Shown here: piece by piece, positions 42,915 to 51,960 of the stretch
Layout of the letters: every line of letters starts with the position of its first letter
How positions within the stretch are numbered: the stretch's first letter is position 1
Origin: an uncultured cyanobacterium
GTDB taxonomy: Bacteria; Cyanobacteriota; Cyanobacteriia; Leptolyngbyales; Leptolyngbyaceae
Assembly (NCBI GenBank): GCA_963766075.1
Contig: CAVYAN010000063.1
Location: 8,173-72,172, forward strand
Length of the DNA: 64,000 bases
Direction of reading: 5' to 3'
Made by a program: the position numbers and the translations under genes
The notes under the pieces: model-generated
The model's database searches: none
What the model saw: only the letters and a program-made list of their open reading frames with translations
What the model was told of the DNA's origin: nothing

Positions 42915-45455
42915 TCAGTACAGGCTTTCTACTCTGGCGTCTTCCATCGCTTCCATGTGGTCCACAAAGTCCTGGACATAGAGACGATATTCGCGTAGGG
43001 TTTCGTCTACCCAGGCGCGATCGCCGCTGTTGGCAAAGATATGCACCATGGGTTCCCCGGCATCGGGCAGAATCAGCACCCAACTGTCGTGGGCGGGATT
43101 AAAGATTTTCACCCCATCAATCAGCTCTAAGCGCTCAACGGGATGGGTTTCCACCAGTTGGCGCATCAGAGAACCCTTAGCCGTCCAGGGACAGCGAATG
43201 GTGGAAGACTTATGGTAAATGCGGGGAATGTCAGAACGGATCTGGCCCAGCGATCGCTCCTGAATCGTCAGCATTTCAATCAGCTTGGCAATACAGAACA
43301 TGGCATCAAAGCCGGGATGGAGTTGCGGAAAGATAAAACCCATGTCGCCGCTGCCACCTAGCACCGTATTGGGATTGCCCTGACAGGCTTCCATCAGTGC
43401 CGTGGGGTTCGACTTGGTGCGCATGACCTTGCCATCGTGGCGGCGGGCAATTTGCTCCACGGCACTCGAGGCATGGACCGGCACCACAATCGTGCCACGC
43501 GGGTGGTGGGTCAAGACCATATCCGCCATCAGGGCCGTCAGCACTTCGCCACGAATCGGACTGCCCACATCATCAACCAGAATCATTTGTTCGCCATTGG
43601 CGGAAACTTGGACACCAAAGTTGGCTTTAAGGGCTTCCACCACATGCCCAAGCTGGTTGAGCAGCAGTTCGCGATCGTTGAGGGTGATGGTTTTTTGGCT
43701 GAGGCTCGCATTTAAAACGACGGCATCGCAGCCAAATTTGGCCAACAGCTGCGGCAAGACCGCCCCGGAAACAGCGTAGGCGTAGTCAATAATGATTTTG
43801 GAGCTGCTATTGCGAATGGCTTCCACATTCAGGTGGCGCTCGAAACTGGTGCCGTAGATATCCAGGACTTGGTTAGCATAGGCAACGTTACCAATTTCGT
43901 TGATTTGGGCGCGGCGAAAGTCTTCTTTAAAGTAGGCTCCCTCAATCTTCTTTTCCTTGGATTTGGAAATGTTGATGCCTTTGTTATCAAAAAATTCGAT
44001 CAAGATGTGGTCGGCACGCTCGGGGTGGACCCGCACATGGATGCCCCCCGCCACGGACAGGGTGGGCACCAGGGTGCGGGCCACAGGGATGGCGGTGGCT
44101 TCCAGGTTTTGCACATTGATACCAACGGACATCAGGCCCGCAATCAGCGATCGCGACACCATGCGGGAAATACTGCGCTGATCCCGCGATACGGTGACAT
44201 TTCCCCCCGGCTTCAGCGTGGAGCCGTAGGCCGCCCCCAATTTCACGGCAAATTCCGGGGTAATGTCAATATTGGCCAATCCCGAAACGCCCCGCTGGCC
44301 GAACAGATTGCGCTGGGCCGCCTGTCCCCAAATCAGGTTGATGTTGAGGGTGGCTCCCGGTTCCACCTTTTTGCTGGGCCAGACCCGCACCCCTGGATTC
44401 ACCTGCGCCTCTTCGCCGATCGCCGACAGCGGCCCAATGATCGCTCCCTCTAGCACATGGGCACGGCGATCGACGCGGGCACCCCGGGCAATCACACAGG
44501 CGCGCAGGTGCACCTCTTCGCCAATGATCGCCCCATTCCAGATGATCGGGCGCTTGAGATCCGCATCGGGGCCAATCGAGACGTTATCGCCGATGATGGT
44601 CCCGGCATCAATGGTCACGCGGGGGGCAATGCGGCAATTGCTGCCAATCAGTACCGGCGCTTCTAGGGTGACGGTGGGATCAATAAAGGTATTTTGGCCA
44701 ACCCAAATTCCGGGCGATCGCTGATCATAGGCAAATTCCAGATAAACCTTGCGCTGCAAACTGTCGTACTGGGCATCGCGATAGGCATCCAAATGGCCCA
44801 CATCACACCAATAGCCTTCGGCTACGTAGCCGTACATCGGCTCCCCTTTATCCAACATCAGCGGAAACAGGTCCTTGGAAAAATCCGACTCCTCCTCAGC
44901 GGGTAAGTAATCCAACACCTCCGGCTCCAAAATATAGGTGCCCGTATTGACCGTGTCCGAAAACACCTCACTGGTAGACGGCTTTTCCAGAAAGCGATTA
45001 ATGCGGCCATCCGAGTCGGTAATCACCACGCCGAACTCGATCGGATTGGGCACGCGGGTGAGAATCAGGGTGGCTTTGGAGCGCCTTTGCCGATGAAATT
45101 GAATCGCCGCCGTTAGGTCAAAATCGGTAATGCTATCGCCGCTGACCACCAAAAACGTGCCATCGAGGAGTTCAGCAATGTTCTTGACACAGCCCGCCGT
45201 GCCAAGGGGCTGGTCTTCCTCCACGGCATAGGTCATCTGCACGCCAAAGTCACTGCCGTCCTGGAAGTAGTCGCGCAGGGCGTCGGGCAGGTAGTGCAAG
45301 GTGGCGATAATTTCGGTAATGTGGTGGCGGCGCAGCAGATTAATAATGTGCTCGGCGATCGGGCGATTCAGGACGGGCACCATTGGCTTGGGCAGGTCGC
45401 AGGTGAGGGGGCGGAGGCGGGTGCCAGAGCCGCCTGCCATAAGTACAGCACGCAT
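42915..45455 (-). CDS. Mannose-1-phosphate guanylyltransferase / phosphomannomutase fusion
   Basis: MAGGSGTRLRPLT, PKPMVP, PLGTAG, FLEKP, left-handed beta-helix region, then a PGM/PMM-like domain (LFGQRGVSGLAN). Confidence 0.93.
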   Translation of the reverse strand: MRAVLMAGGSGTRLRPLTCDLPKPMVPVLNRPIAEHIINLLRRHHITEIIATLHYLPDALRDYFQDGSDFGVQMTYAVEEDQPLGTAGCVKNIAELLDGTFLVVSGDSITDFDLTAAIQFHRQRRSKATLILTRVPNPIEFGVVITDSDGRINRFLEKPSTSEVFSDTVNTGTYILEPEVLDYLPAEEESDFSKDLFPLMLDKGEPMYGYVAEGYWCDVGHLDAYRDAQYDSLQRKVYLEFAYDQRSPGIWVGQNTFIDPTVTLEAPVLIGSNCRIAPRVTIDAGTIIGDNVSIGPDADLKRPIIWNGAIIGEEVHLRACVIARGARVDRRAHVLEGAIIGPLSAIGEEAQVNPGVRVWPSKKVEPGATLNINLIWGQAAQRNLFGQRGVSGLANIDITPEFAVKLGAAYGSTLKPGGNVTVSRDQRSISRMVSRSLIAGLMSVGINVQNLEATAIPVARTLVPTLSVAGGIHVRVHPERADHILIEFFDNKGINISKSKEKKIEGAYFKEDFRRAQINEIGNVAYANQVLDIYGTSFERHLNVEAIRNSSSKIIIDYAYAVSGAVLPQLLAKFGCDAVVLNASLSQKTITLNDRELLLNQLGHVVEALKANFGVQVSANGEQMILVDDVGSPIRGEVLTALMADMVLTHHPRGTIVVPVHASSAVEQIARRHDGKVMRTKSNPTALMEACQGNPNTVLGGSGDMGFIFPQLHPGFDAMFCIAKLIEMLTIQERSLGQIRSDIPRIYHKSSTIRCPWTAKGSLMRQLVETHPVERLELIDGVKIFNPAHDSWVLILPDAGEPMVHIFANSGDRAWVDETLREYRLYVQDFVDHMEAMEDARVESLY

Positions 45456-45785
45456 AGGGAATGTCCTGTGGGCAGTGGGTTGAAGCGGTGGGGGATGAAA
45501 TGGAAGCGACTCCTCTTCTAGTTTCCTATGGGGTTGGATTTTTCGGGGATGAATCTCAGGATTCAGCGAAGAATTCATCCTTCCGGCAAAAACCCTGGAA
45601 ATCGCTCCAAATGCCTTTCTAGAATCCGCGCCCTGGGTAGACCATCTGCTCCGCTAATATGACCGTTCACATAACCGTTCACATCAATGTCCCATGCCGA
45701 GCGGGTTAGGATAGAACTGTAATTAAGCTACTCTGCCTTGTATCTAGAGTTAGTTTCCTACCTTACATCTGAAGGAATTTTCACA

Positions 45786-45965
45786 ATGGGCGGTCTAATT
45801 ACTCTCGTGCTGGTCATCGTTTATGGAGCGGGTGCATGGAAGTTCTGGGGCGGCTTTCGCCGAACTAATTTTAGCCAGGGCAAAGTGGTTCTGGGCTTGG
45901 CGTGGCCGATTCTCGTGTTTAACAAATCCTATCGCCAGAACTTTCAGAAAGCCCTGAAAGGGTAA
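45786..45965 (+). CDS. Small two-TM hypothetical protein
   Basis: Y..GAWKFW.GF.RTNF...L.WP......SYRQNF.KALKG. Confidence 0.75.
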   Translation: MGGLITLVLVIVYGAGAWKFWGGFRRTNFSQGKVVLGLAWPILVFNKSYRQNFQKALKG

Positions 45966-46116
45966 CGTTTTGTATTAATTTGCGCAGAATCGCGGGATAT
46001 AGCGGATGGCGATCGCATGATGTAGAAACCCAGGAACGCTGGGAATCAGCATCCTGGGTTCAACAGATCCGCCTGCTAAAGGCCATCCGCTATTCTTTGC
46101 CCATTATTTCCCAGAA

Positions 46117-46869
46117 ATGGCTAAATCCCAACCGAAATCCCCCAAGCCCGATTCAGCGTTTGCCACCGACAGTTTTTTTGGCTCCCTAGCCCAGCCCCAG
46201 GATTGGCAAACGGATATTGCAGCGGTGGCGGTCCGTTTTAACCGCGACTATCGGGGCGAAAAACCCGATGTGCCCAACGAAGTCAAGGCCATGCCCATCT
46301 ACCAGGAATATGCCGCTGGCCTCCTGCAATCCAAGCTGGTGTCGAACTTTTGGGACGTGGCCCAGCCCCAAAAAAATCAGCGCTGCCTGGATCTGGGTTG
46401 CGGAGTCAGTTTTCTGATTTACCCATGGCGGGAATGGGAAGCGTACTTTTATGGGCAGGACATTAGTGCAGTGGCCCGAGATATTTTGGTGGCGCGCGGC
46501 CCCCAACTGAACTCGAAATTGTTTAAGGGCGTTGTCCTGGGGGCCGCCCACGAGCTGGAGTATGGGGCAGGACAGTTTGACTTGGCGATCGCCACAGGGG
46601 TGAGTTGCTACTATCCGCTGGCCTACTGGGGCGAAGTGCTAGCCGCCGTCAAAAAGGTGCTGAAACCCGAGGGCTATTTCGTATTTGATGTCCTAGACGA
46701 GACAAATCCCATTGCCGAAAATTGGGCTATTTTAGAAACCTATTTGGGCACCGAGGTGTTTCTAGACTCTGCCGAAAGCTGGAAAAAAGCCATTCAAGCC
46801 TCGGGCGGCAAAATTGTCAAAATGCTTCCTGGAGAGCTATTTACCTTATACAAGGTCAAGTTCGACTAA
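46117..46869 (+). CDS. Class I SAM-dependent methyltransferase
   Basis: LDLGCG, GQDIS, FDLAI, VLKPEG. Confidence 0.88.
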   Translation: MAKSQPKSPKPDSAFATDSFFGSLAQPQDWQTDIAAVAVRFNRDYRGEKPDVPNEVKAMPIYQEYAAGLLQSKLVSNFWDVAQPQKNQRCLDLGCGVSFLIYPWREWEAYFYGQDISAVARDILVARGPQLNSKLFKGVVLGAAHELEYGAGQFDLAIATGVSCYYPLAYWGEVLAAVKKVLKPEGYFVFDVLDETNPIAENWAILETYLGTEVFLDSAESWKKAIQASGGKIVKMLPGELFTLYKVKFD

Positions 46870-46927
46870 TACGATGTTTTGAAAGTCCTACGCGCATGCG
46901 GCCCTAACGCCGTGATCAGCCTTCCAT

Positions 46928-47473
46928 TTACTCTTTTTTACGATCGCTTTCCGGCACGCTAATGCTGGGTCTAGGGATCAGATTTGCCATCATGGCTTCG
47001 CCAATCTGGGACATTTCCTGATCTTTTTTCTTTAAAAGTTCGTATAGGAGTGCCCCTTTTCGGGGTTCATCCGACTCCGCCTGAATTTTGCCCAAATCAA
47101 TCATCAAATCTGTCTTCCAGTTGCAGAGAATGATCAGAATTTCTCCTGCCGAGACACAGCGCTCGTAGGGCTTCAAAATCGCAATCACAATCGTCAGAAT
47201 TGTTAGAAACAGCCCGAGGGCTCCCAAAATACTCCGGGATGGCACGAGATCATTACTGACCACATAGGTGTAGAACGCCGAATAAATCGGAATCAAAAAG
47301 GAAAGGGTGTAATGGGAATTCCTAAAAAAGACGTGGTTCTTGCGCGCAATGGAAACATGGTAGTCATACCGACCATAGGTATCAATGAGGAGTTGACTTA
47401 AATATTGATCAGGAATTGTCGTTACGGTTTCCAGGATTAATTCTCTTAAGCTTTTTTCATGAATTTTAGGCAT
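46928..47473 (-). CDS. Two-TM protein resembling the SLATT/DUF4231 family
   Basis: YDYH..ARKNH..F, then two hydrophobic helices, KPYER and a helical tail; noticeably AT-rich. Confidence 0.55.
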   Translation of the reverse strand: MPKIHEKSLRELILETVTTIPDQYLSQLLIDTYGRYDYHVSIARKNHVFFRNSHYTLSFLIPIYSAFYTYVVSNDLVPSRSILGALGLFLTILTIVIAILKPYERCVSAGEILIILCNWKTDLMIDLGKIQAESDEPRKGALLYELLKKKDQEMSQIGEAMMANLIPRPSISVPESDRKKE

Positions 47474-47795
47474 GGGCTCTCCGGGCAGTGAGTTGGTGCG
47501 TACCAAATATGAAATATTACAATGACCACCTAAATTACGGTTCATTGTCGATCCGCTGTGATCGTGGACATAACAAATCCCTCCGCGCTTGAGGGCAACG
47601 AGAGGGATTAATAAACTATTCACATATTCGGAACAAAATAATCAATCTATGGGATTATTGATTGTCCGCACAAAATTATCCGGACTGGGAAAACCTGCGG
47701 CATGCCAAGGGGTAATGCCGTTTCGGGCGATCGCCCCAGGCAAAACAGCCAGTCCCCCACCGGATTGCCCCCTACAGACAACTTCAGCACACGGG

Positions 47796-48029
47796 TTAGC
47801 GAGGAATTAACCGGGTCCGCTGCCCCACACCGGGGTTTACCATGGCCGCCACTTCATGATCAGACAAGTGGGTCAGGGATTCTGCTAAATTTTCTGTAGT
47901 AAAGCGGTAGCCGTGCCGTGCCGCAATATTCACAAAAGCTTCCGCATTTTGGATCGCCACTTTTTTGAATTTGCCCGCCTGGGATTGACATACTGCCTTA
48001 AATAGTTCCGCTGCATGACGCTCTTGCAT
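47796..48029 (-). CDS. Nif11-like leader peptide family precursor
   Basis: A.ELFKAV...FVNIAARHGYRFT.E.L...LSD.EVAA leader pattern; tail NPGVGQRTRLIPR; GGAGG RBS. Confidence 0.75.
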   Translation of the reverse strand: MQERHAAELFKAVCQSQAGKFKKVAIQNAEAFVNIAARHGYRFTTENLAESLTHLSDHEVAAMVNPGVGQRTRLIPR

Positions 48030-48142
48030 AACCGATCCTCCAGAGAACTTGCTTACCTACCAGCTTAGAAACACTCCAGAAAATGTAATCTAAATAACAG
48101 TAAAGTTTACGAGCCTGTGTATAAAGATTAATCAAACACCCT

Positions 48143-48745
48143 ATGCCCCCTGAAGACGCCTCGAAACCTGCCTCGCCTCTTTTATCTCCCGTAACACCCA
48201 CTCCTACGCCTCCGGCGCGCTGGCGGGCGTGGTGGGACAATATCCAGCTTTTGGTCGTCGCCTTGATTCTGGCGCTGTTGATTCGCACCTTTGTGGCGGA
48301 ACCTCGCTTTATTCCCTCAGACTCGATGGTGCCGACCCTGCAAGTGGGCGATCGCCTCGTGATCGAAAAACTGTCCTACCACTTCCACCCGCCGCAGACT
48401 GGCGATATTGTCGTGTTTGATCCGCCGCCCCAGTTGCAACTCCTGGGTTACGCCAAGGATCAAGCCTTTATCAAGCGGGTGATCGGTACGCCAGGGCAAA
48501 TGGTTCAAATCGCCAACGGTACAGTCTACGTGAACCAACAGCCCCTACGAGAGCCCTATATTGCCGAGCCACCGGAGTACAACTGGGGACCCCAATCGGT
48601 GCCGGAGGGCGCTGTTTTTGTCATGGGCGATAACCGCAACAACAGCAACGATTCCCACGTCTGGGGATTTTTGCCCCAAACCAACATCATCGGGCGCGCC
48701 TGGATCCGCTTCTGGACGCCAGAACGGATTGGTATTTTGTCCTAG
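48143..48745 (+). CDS. lepB: Signal peptidase I
   Basis: IPSDSMVPTL, GDIVVF, FIKRVIG, GDNRNNSNDS. Confidence 0.96.
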   Translation: MPPEDASKPASPLLSPVTPTPTPPARWRAWWDNIQLLVVALILALLIRTFVAEPRFIPSDSMVPTLQVGDRLVIEKLSYHFHPPQTGDIVVFDPPPQLQLLGYAKDQAFIKRVIGTPGQMVQIANGTVYVNQQPLREPYIAEPPEYNWGPQSVPEGAVFVMGDNRNNSNDSHVWGFLPQTNIIGRAWIRFWTPERIGILS

Positions 48746-48754
48746 GGAAAGAAC

Positions 48755-48820
48755 GCAGGGGCCAGAGGCAGGAGACAGAAAGCAGGAGGCAGTAAGCAGG
48801 AGACAGAGGGCAGGAGGTAG
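48755..48820. repeat. Heptamer tandem array (about CAGGAGG), STRR-like
   Basis: cagggcc/cagagg/caggaga/cagaaag/caggagg/cagtaag/caggaga/cagaggg/caggagg-like units. Confidence 0.75.
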
Positions 48821-48837
48821 CGGAAATTTTCCAAAAG

Positions 48838-48860
48838 AAAGGGGGCGACGCGCCCCCTTT
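48838..48860. terminator. Bidirectional terminator between convergent genes
   Basis: AAAGGGGGCG-ACG-CGCCCCCTTT perfect stem. Confidence 0.75.
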
Positions 48861-48921
48861 GATCATTTCAGCCTCATTTCTTTAGTCTAGAGTTGATGCA
48901 CAAGCGGCTCGGTATCGGCCA

Positions 48922-49890
48922 CTAGATCAAGCGCAGGTTCGCGTATTCCACGAGCAGGTCTTCGCTAGTTAGGACATCGCCGGTGGCTTGAGGTGTCCAG
49001 AGAACTTCGAGGGCCAGTAGGCGATCGCCCGCAACACCACCCAACCGCTGCAACGCCGCTTTCAAATCACTAGAGGTCTTCACCTCCGGCAGATCGAGTG
49101 ACCCACTGGTCCCCACCAGCAACGTGACCACAATGTACTCTCCCGGCTCGGCAACTAGCGCGCCCCCCGTCGCCACAGTCAAGGCATCACTGGACGCCTG
49201 CTTAATCTGACTACCCACATTGGAGAGGGTTTCCCGACTAAATTTGCTGCGCTCGGTCAAGACCAGTCGGTTGAATTCCGTTTCCGCTGAGGCCAAGCCG
49301 GTTTTCTTCAGGCTAGAACCCGCGTAGGCCCAGTATTCCGGATGGCGCAGCAGCGCCAAAGTAGTTTCTTGGAGCACATTTGCCAATCCAGCGGTGGAAC
49401 TGGTGTCGGCCTTCAGCGCCAACGTGTTTAAATCAGCTTGAAGTTCACGCGCATTGGCCAGCAACCCAACCTGGACCCGTGCCACAGAAATCGTGGAATT
49501 GTCCACTGGGCTTAGGCCATCCTCGCCTCGAGCATTGCGGAAGCTTTGCACCAGGAAGTTCGCCACGGCGATAAAAATCAGGATGGTAAATAGGCCGCCA
49601 AATCCGCCCCCAATTCCCAAGAAGGGAAAGATAAACGGAAAGCCAATACCACCGCCGTAGCCATAGCCACCGCCATAGCCACCCGGCGCATAGGTACGCG
49701 GAGCGCTGTAGGAACGGGGAGCACTATAGCTACGGGCGGGAGCCCGAAAGGAACCGCCGCCCATGCGACCGCCACCTGCACTTGCGGCCAGGGCATCCCC
49801 ACCCTGACTCAAGGTAATGCCGAGAACAAGGGCGATCGCCACCAGCGCTTTCAGCCAGGGTTTAATAAATGAAGTGATTTTTTGACGCAT
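48922..49890 (-). CDS. DUF1517 domain protein (FLAP1/FlpA-like)
   Basis: GGRMGGGSF, Gly/Tyr-rich segment, TM helix, LALLRHPEYW, ERSKFS.ETL, EVLWTPQ..GDVL. Confidence 0.88.
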   Translation of the reverse strand: MRQKITSFIKPWLKALVAIALVLGITLSQGGDALAASAGGGRMGGGSFRAPARSYSAPRSYSAPRTYAPGGYGGGYGYGGGIGFPFIFPFLGIGGGFGGLFTILIFIAVANFLVQSFRNARGEDGLSPVDNSTISVARVQVGLLANARELQADLNTLALKADTSSTAGLANVLQETTLALLRHPEYWAYAGSSLKKTGLASAETEFNRLVLTERSKFSRETLSNVGSQIKQASSDALTVATGGALVAEPGEYIVVTLLVGTSGSLDLPEVKTSSDLKAALQRLGGVAGDRLLALEVLWTPQATGDVLTSEDLLVEYANLRLI

Positions 49891-50237
49891 CTGTTATGCC
49901 TACCGGAACATTTCAAAATGACAGGTAACCTGTCAGTTATCGTTTTTAACGCTGATCTTTAACGTTGATCGCTGCGCACATTCTGCGACCACTCCAGAAT
50001 GCTAGATTCCCCGAGGCGATCGCCCCAGCACCGCAACCCCAAACCCAGTCTATAAACAATTTGGGTCACTCTACAATTTATAAGAAATCGCTAGGGTCAC
50101 CTGGAACTGGAGCAATTTTATTAAGAGTTGTAACTGAATCTTCTAATACTGTATCGCGTCTTCCCAGTCCTGAAAATCTCGTCGGAGGCCATTCTCAGGA
50201 CGGATCACCGTACAGGCCGACAGGAGAGCCACACCCA

Positions 50238-51053
50238 TTAGTCTTGCAGGTGCGAGAACTGGTAAGCCCCGATCGCCGCCAACACTCCAGCGACGGCCAT
50301 CAGAATGGGAATCGAATACCAGGGGAATTGAGCCAGGGGCAAATAGGCTGCGGACCGCAGGGCGATCGTGGTGTAGGTGAGCGGAATTAAGTACACCAGC
50401 ACCTTGAGCGCAGCGGGCAGCGTGGCCGGATCAAAAAAGGTCGCGCCGAGGAACGACATCGGCACAATCAGAAAGTTGTTATAAATGCCAACGCCTTCTA
50501 GCGACTTGACATTCAAGCCCACAATCACGCCTAGGCCAGCAAAGACGGCGCAGTTCAGCACCAAGACCAGCAAAAAGAGCGGGTGCAAAAAGCTCCAAAC
50601 TTTCCCCGTGCAGAGAATCGCAACCCCAATCACCGAACCAGCGGTCAACAGGCCCCGCACCACCCCCGCCATCATTTTGCCCAGATGCATGGCCAAGGGA
50701 TGGACTGGCATCAGCAGCATTTCTTCAAAGGTTTTAGAAAAGAGGCGATCGCCACAAATGGAAAACGTGGTCCCACCAAAGCTAATCACCATGGAAGACA
50801 GGGCCACCATTCCCGGCAAAATAAACTCTAAATAGCTATCGCCCACAGCGGGCTTGGGCAACGAACTGCCCAGGCCCAAACCAAACGCCACAATATAGAT
50901 TAGCGGTGAGATTAACCCAGACGCAGCCACCTGGACTACCCGTACCCGCAGCTCCAACCAATCCCCCCACAGCACCGTCACACTATCCTGCCACAGCGTC
51001 GAGAGGCCAGATTCATTACGGAGGGACCGGGGCGCGGCAGGGGCATGATTCAC
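50238..51053 (-). CDS. ABC-2 type transporter permease
   Basis: About six TM helices; YLEFILPG, FEEMLL.P, PMSFLGATFF, PLTY; start uncertain. Confidence 0.88.
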   Translation of the reverse strand: MNHAPAAPRSLRNESGLSTLWQDSVTVLWGDWLELRVRVVQVAASGLISPLIYIVAFGLGLGSSLPKPAVGDSYLEFILPGMVALSSMVISFGGTTFSICGDRLFSKTFEEMLLMPVHPLAMHLGKMMAGVVRGLLTAGSVIGVAILCTGKVWSFLHPLFLLVLVLNCAVFAGLGVIVGLNVKSLEGVGIYNNFLIVPMSFLGATFFDPATLPAALKVLVYLIPLTYTTIALRSAAYLPLAQFPWYSIPILMAVAGVLAAIGAYQFSHLQD

Positions 51054-51216
51054 GGTTTTACAGGGATAACGTTGCTTGGATATTGTACCGGGTGGTGGGT
51101 GGCGGGCGACGTGAATGGCCTGTGGAGTGGCATCTAAGCCCACTCTCCCCTCAGCCCTTCGTCTCCCATCCGGGCAATCATGCGGCATACTGGGACAGAG
51201 AATGTAGCGCACCACC

Positions 51217-51837
51217 ATGAAACGTAAACCCAAGTACGGCTCCCGCAAAGATTTCGATCGCAATGATCGCGACTTTAATCCCGAATTTGACCGGGGTTAT
51301 GACGACATGCCGCCAACGGAGCCGTCGCCCCAGCGGGGCAAATCAAAAGCCGCTTCGGCGTTTAACACGACATCGCTGTTTATTTTGGCGGGGGTCTTCA
51401 TTTTGGGCATTGGCATTGGCCTGGGGCTGAGTTCCGTCAGCAATTCTGGCGATCCGGGCAAAATTGTTAGCGTCAGCGAGTTGGATAGCAAAGTGCCCAA
51501 TGCGGAAGTCTGTGTGGCCTACGGATCGAGTGCGATCGTGATGGATACGCGGGTGTTTGTCACTTTGAGTCCGATCAACGTATTTGTCTCCCAGCCCACA
51601 ACCCGACCGGGCTGTGTCCTTCGTACCAATAACTGGTCCGTTTTGGAACAGCGGGGCCTACTCAAGGGCGAGCAAGTGCGGGAATGCAAAAATCGGATGA
51701 ACACCTTTGGCTTCACCGGGCAGTTGGAAAGTAGCCCCGAAATTGATTGCGTCTACCAAAACGACGCCGCCAAAAACCTCTTCCTGAATCAACCGGGCAC
51801 CGTGGGCGCACCGCCACCGGAAAACCAAAAGTTTTAA
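51217..51837 (+). CDS. DUF3172 family protein
   Basis: TM helix; C..YG.SA.V.D.R.F.TL.P, PGCVLR..NW.VLE, CK.RMNTFGF.G.L. Confidence 0.82.
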   Translation: MKRKPKYGSRKDFDRNDRDFNPEFDRGYDDMPPTEPSPQRGKSKAASAFNTTSLFILAGVFILGIGIGLGLSSVSNSGDPGKIVSVSELDSKVPNAEVCVAYGSSAIVMDTRVFVTLSPINVFVSQPTTRPGCVLRTNNWSVLEQRGLLKGEQVRECKNRMNTFGFTGQLESSPEIDCVYQNDAAKNLFLNQPGTVGAPPPENQKF

Positions 51838-51960
51838 GGCAAACCAAGCGTTCACCTTCCGGCATGAGCGGCATTTCCTGCCGAAACAGACGCACGGCGG
51901 GCCATGGCTTGCAGGGTAGAACTGTCCAGGAGGCCGGATGTCAGTCCCGATGCTATTCCT

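Noticed and set aside
48085..48098. NtcA-like site GTA-N8-AAC near the Nif11-like gene
   Set aside because: Imperfect match in AT-rich DNA, easily due to chance.
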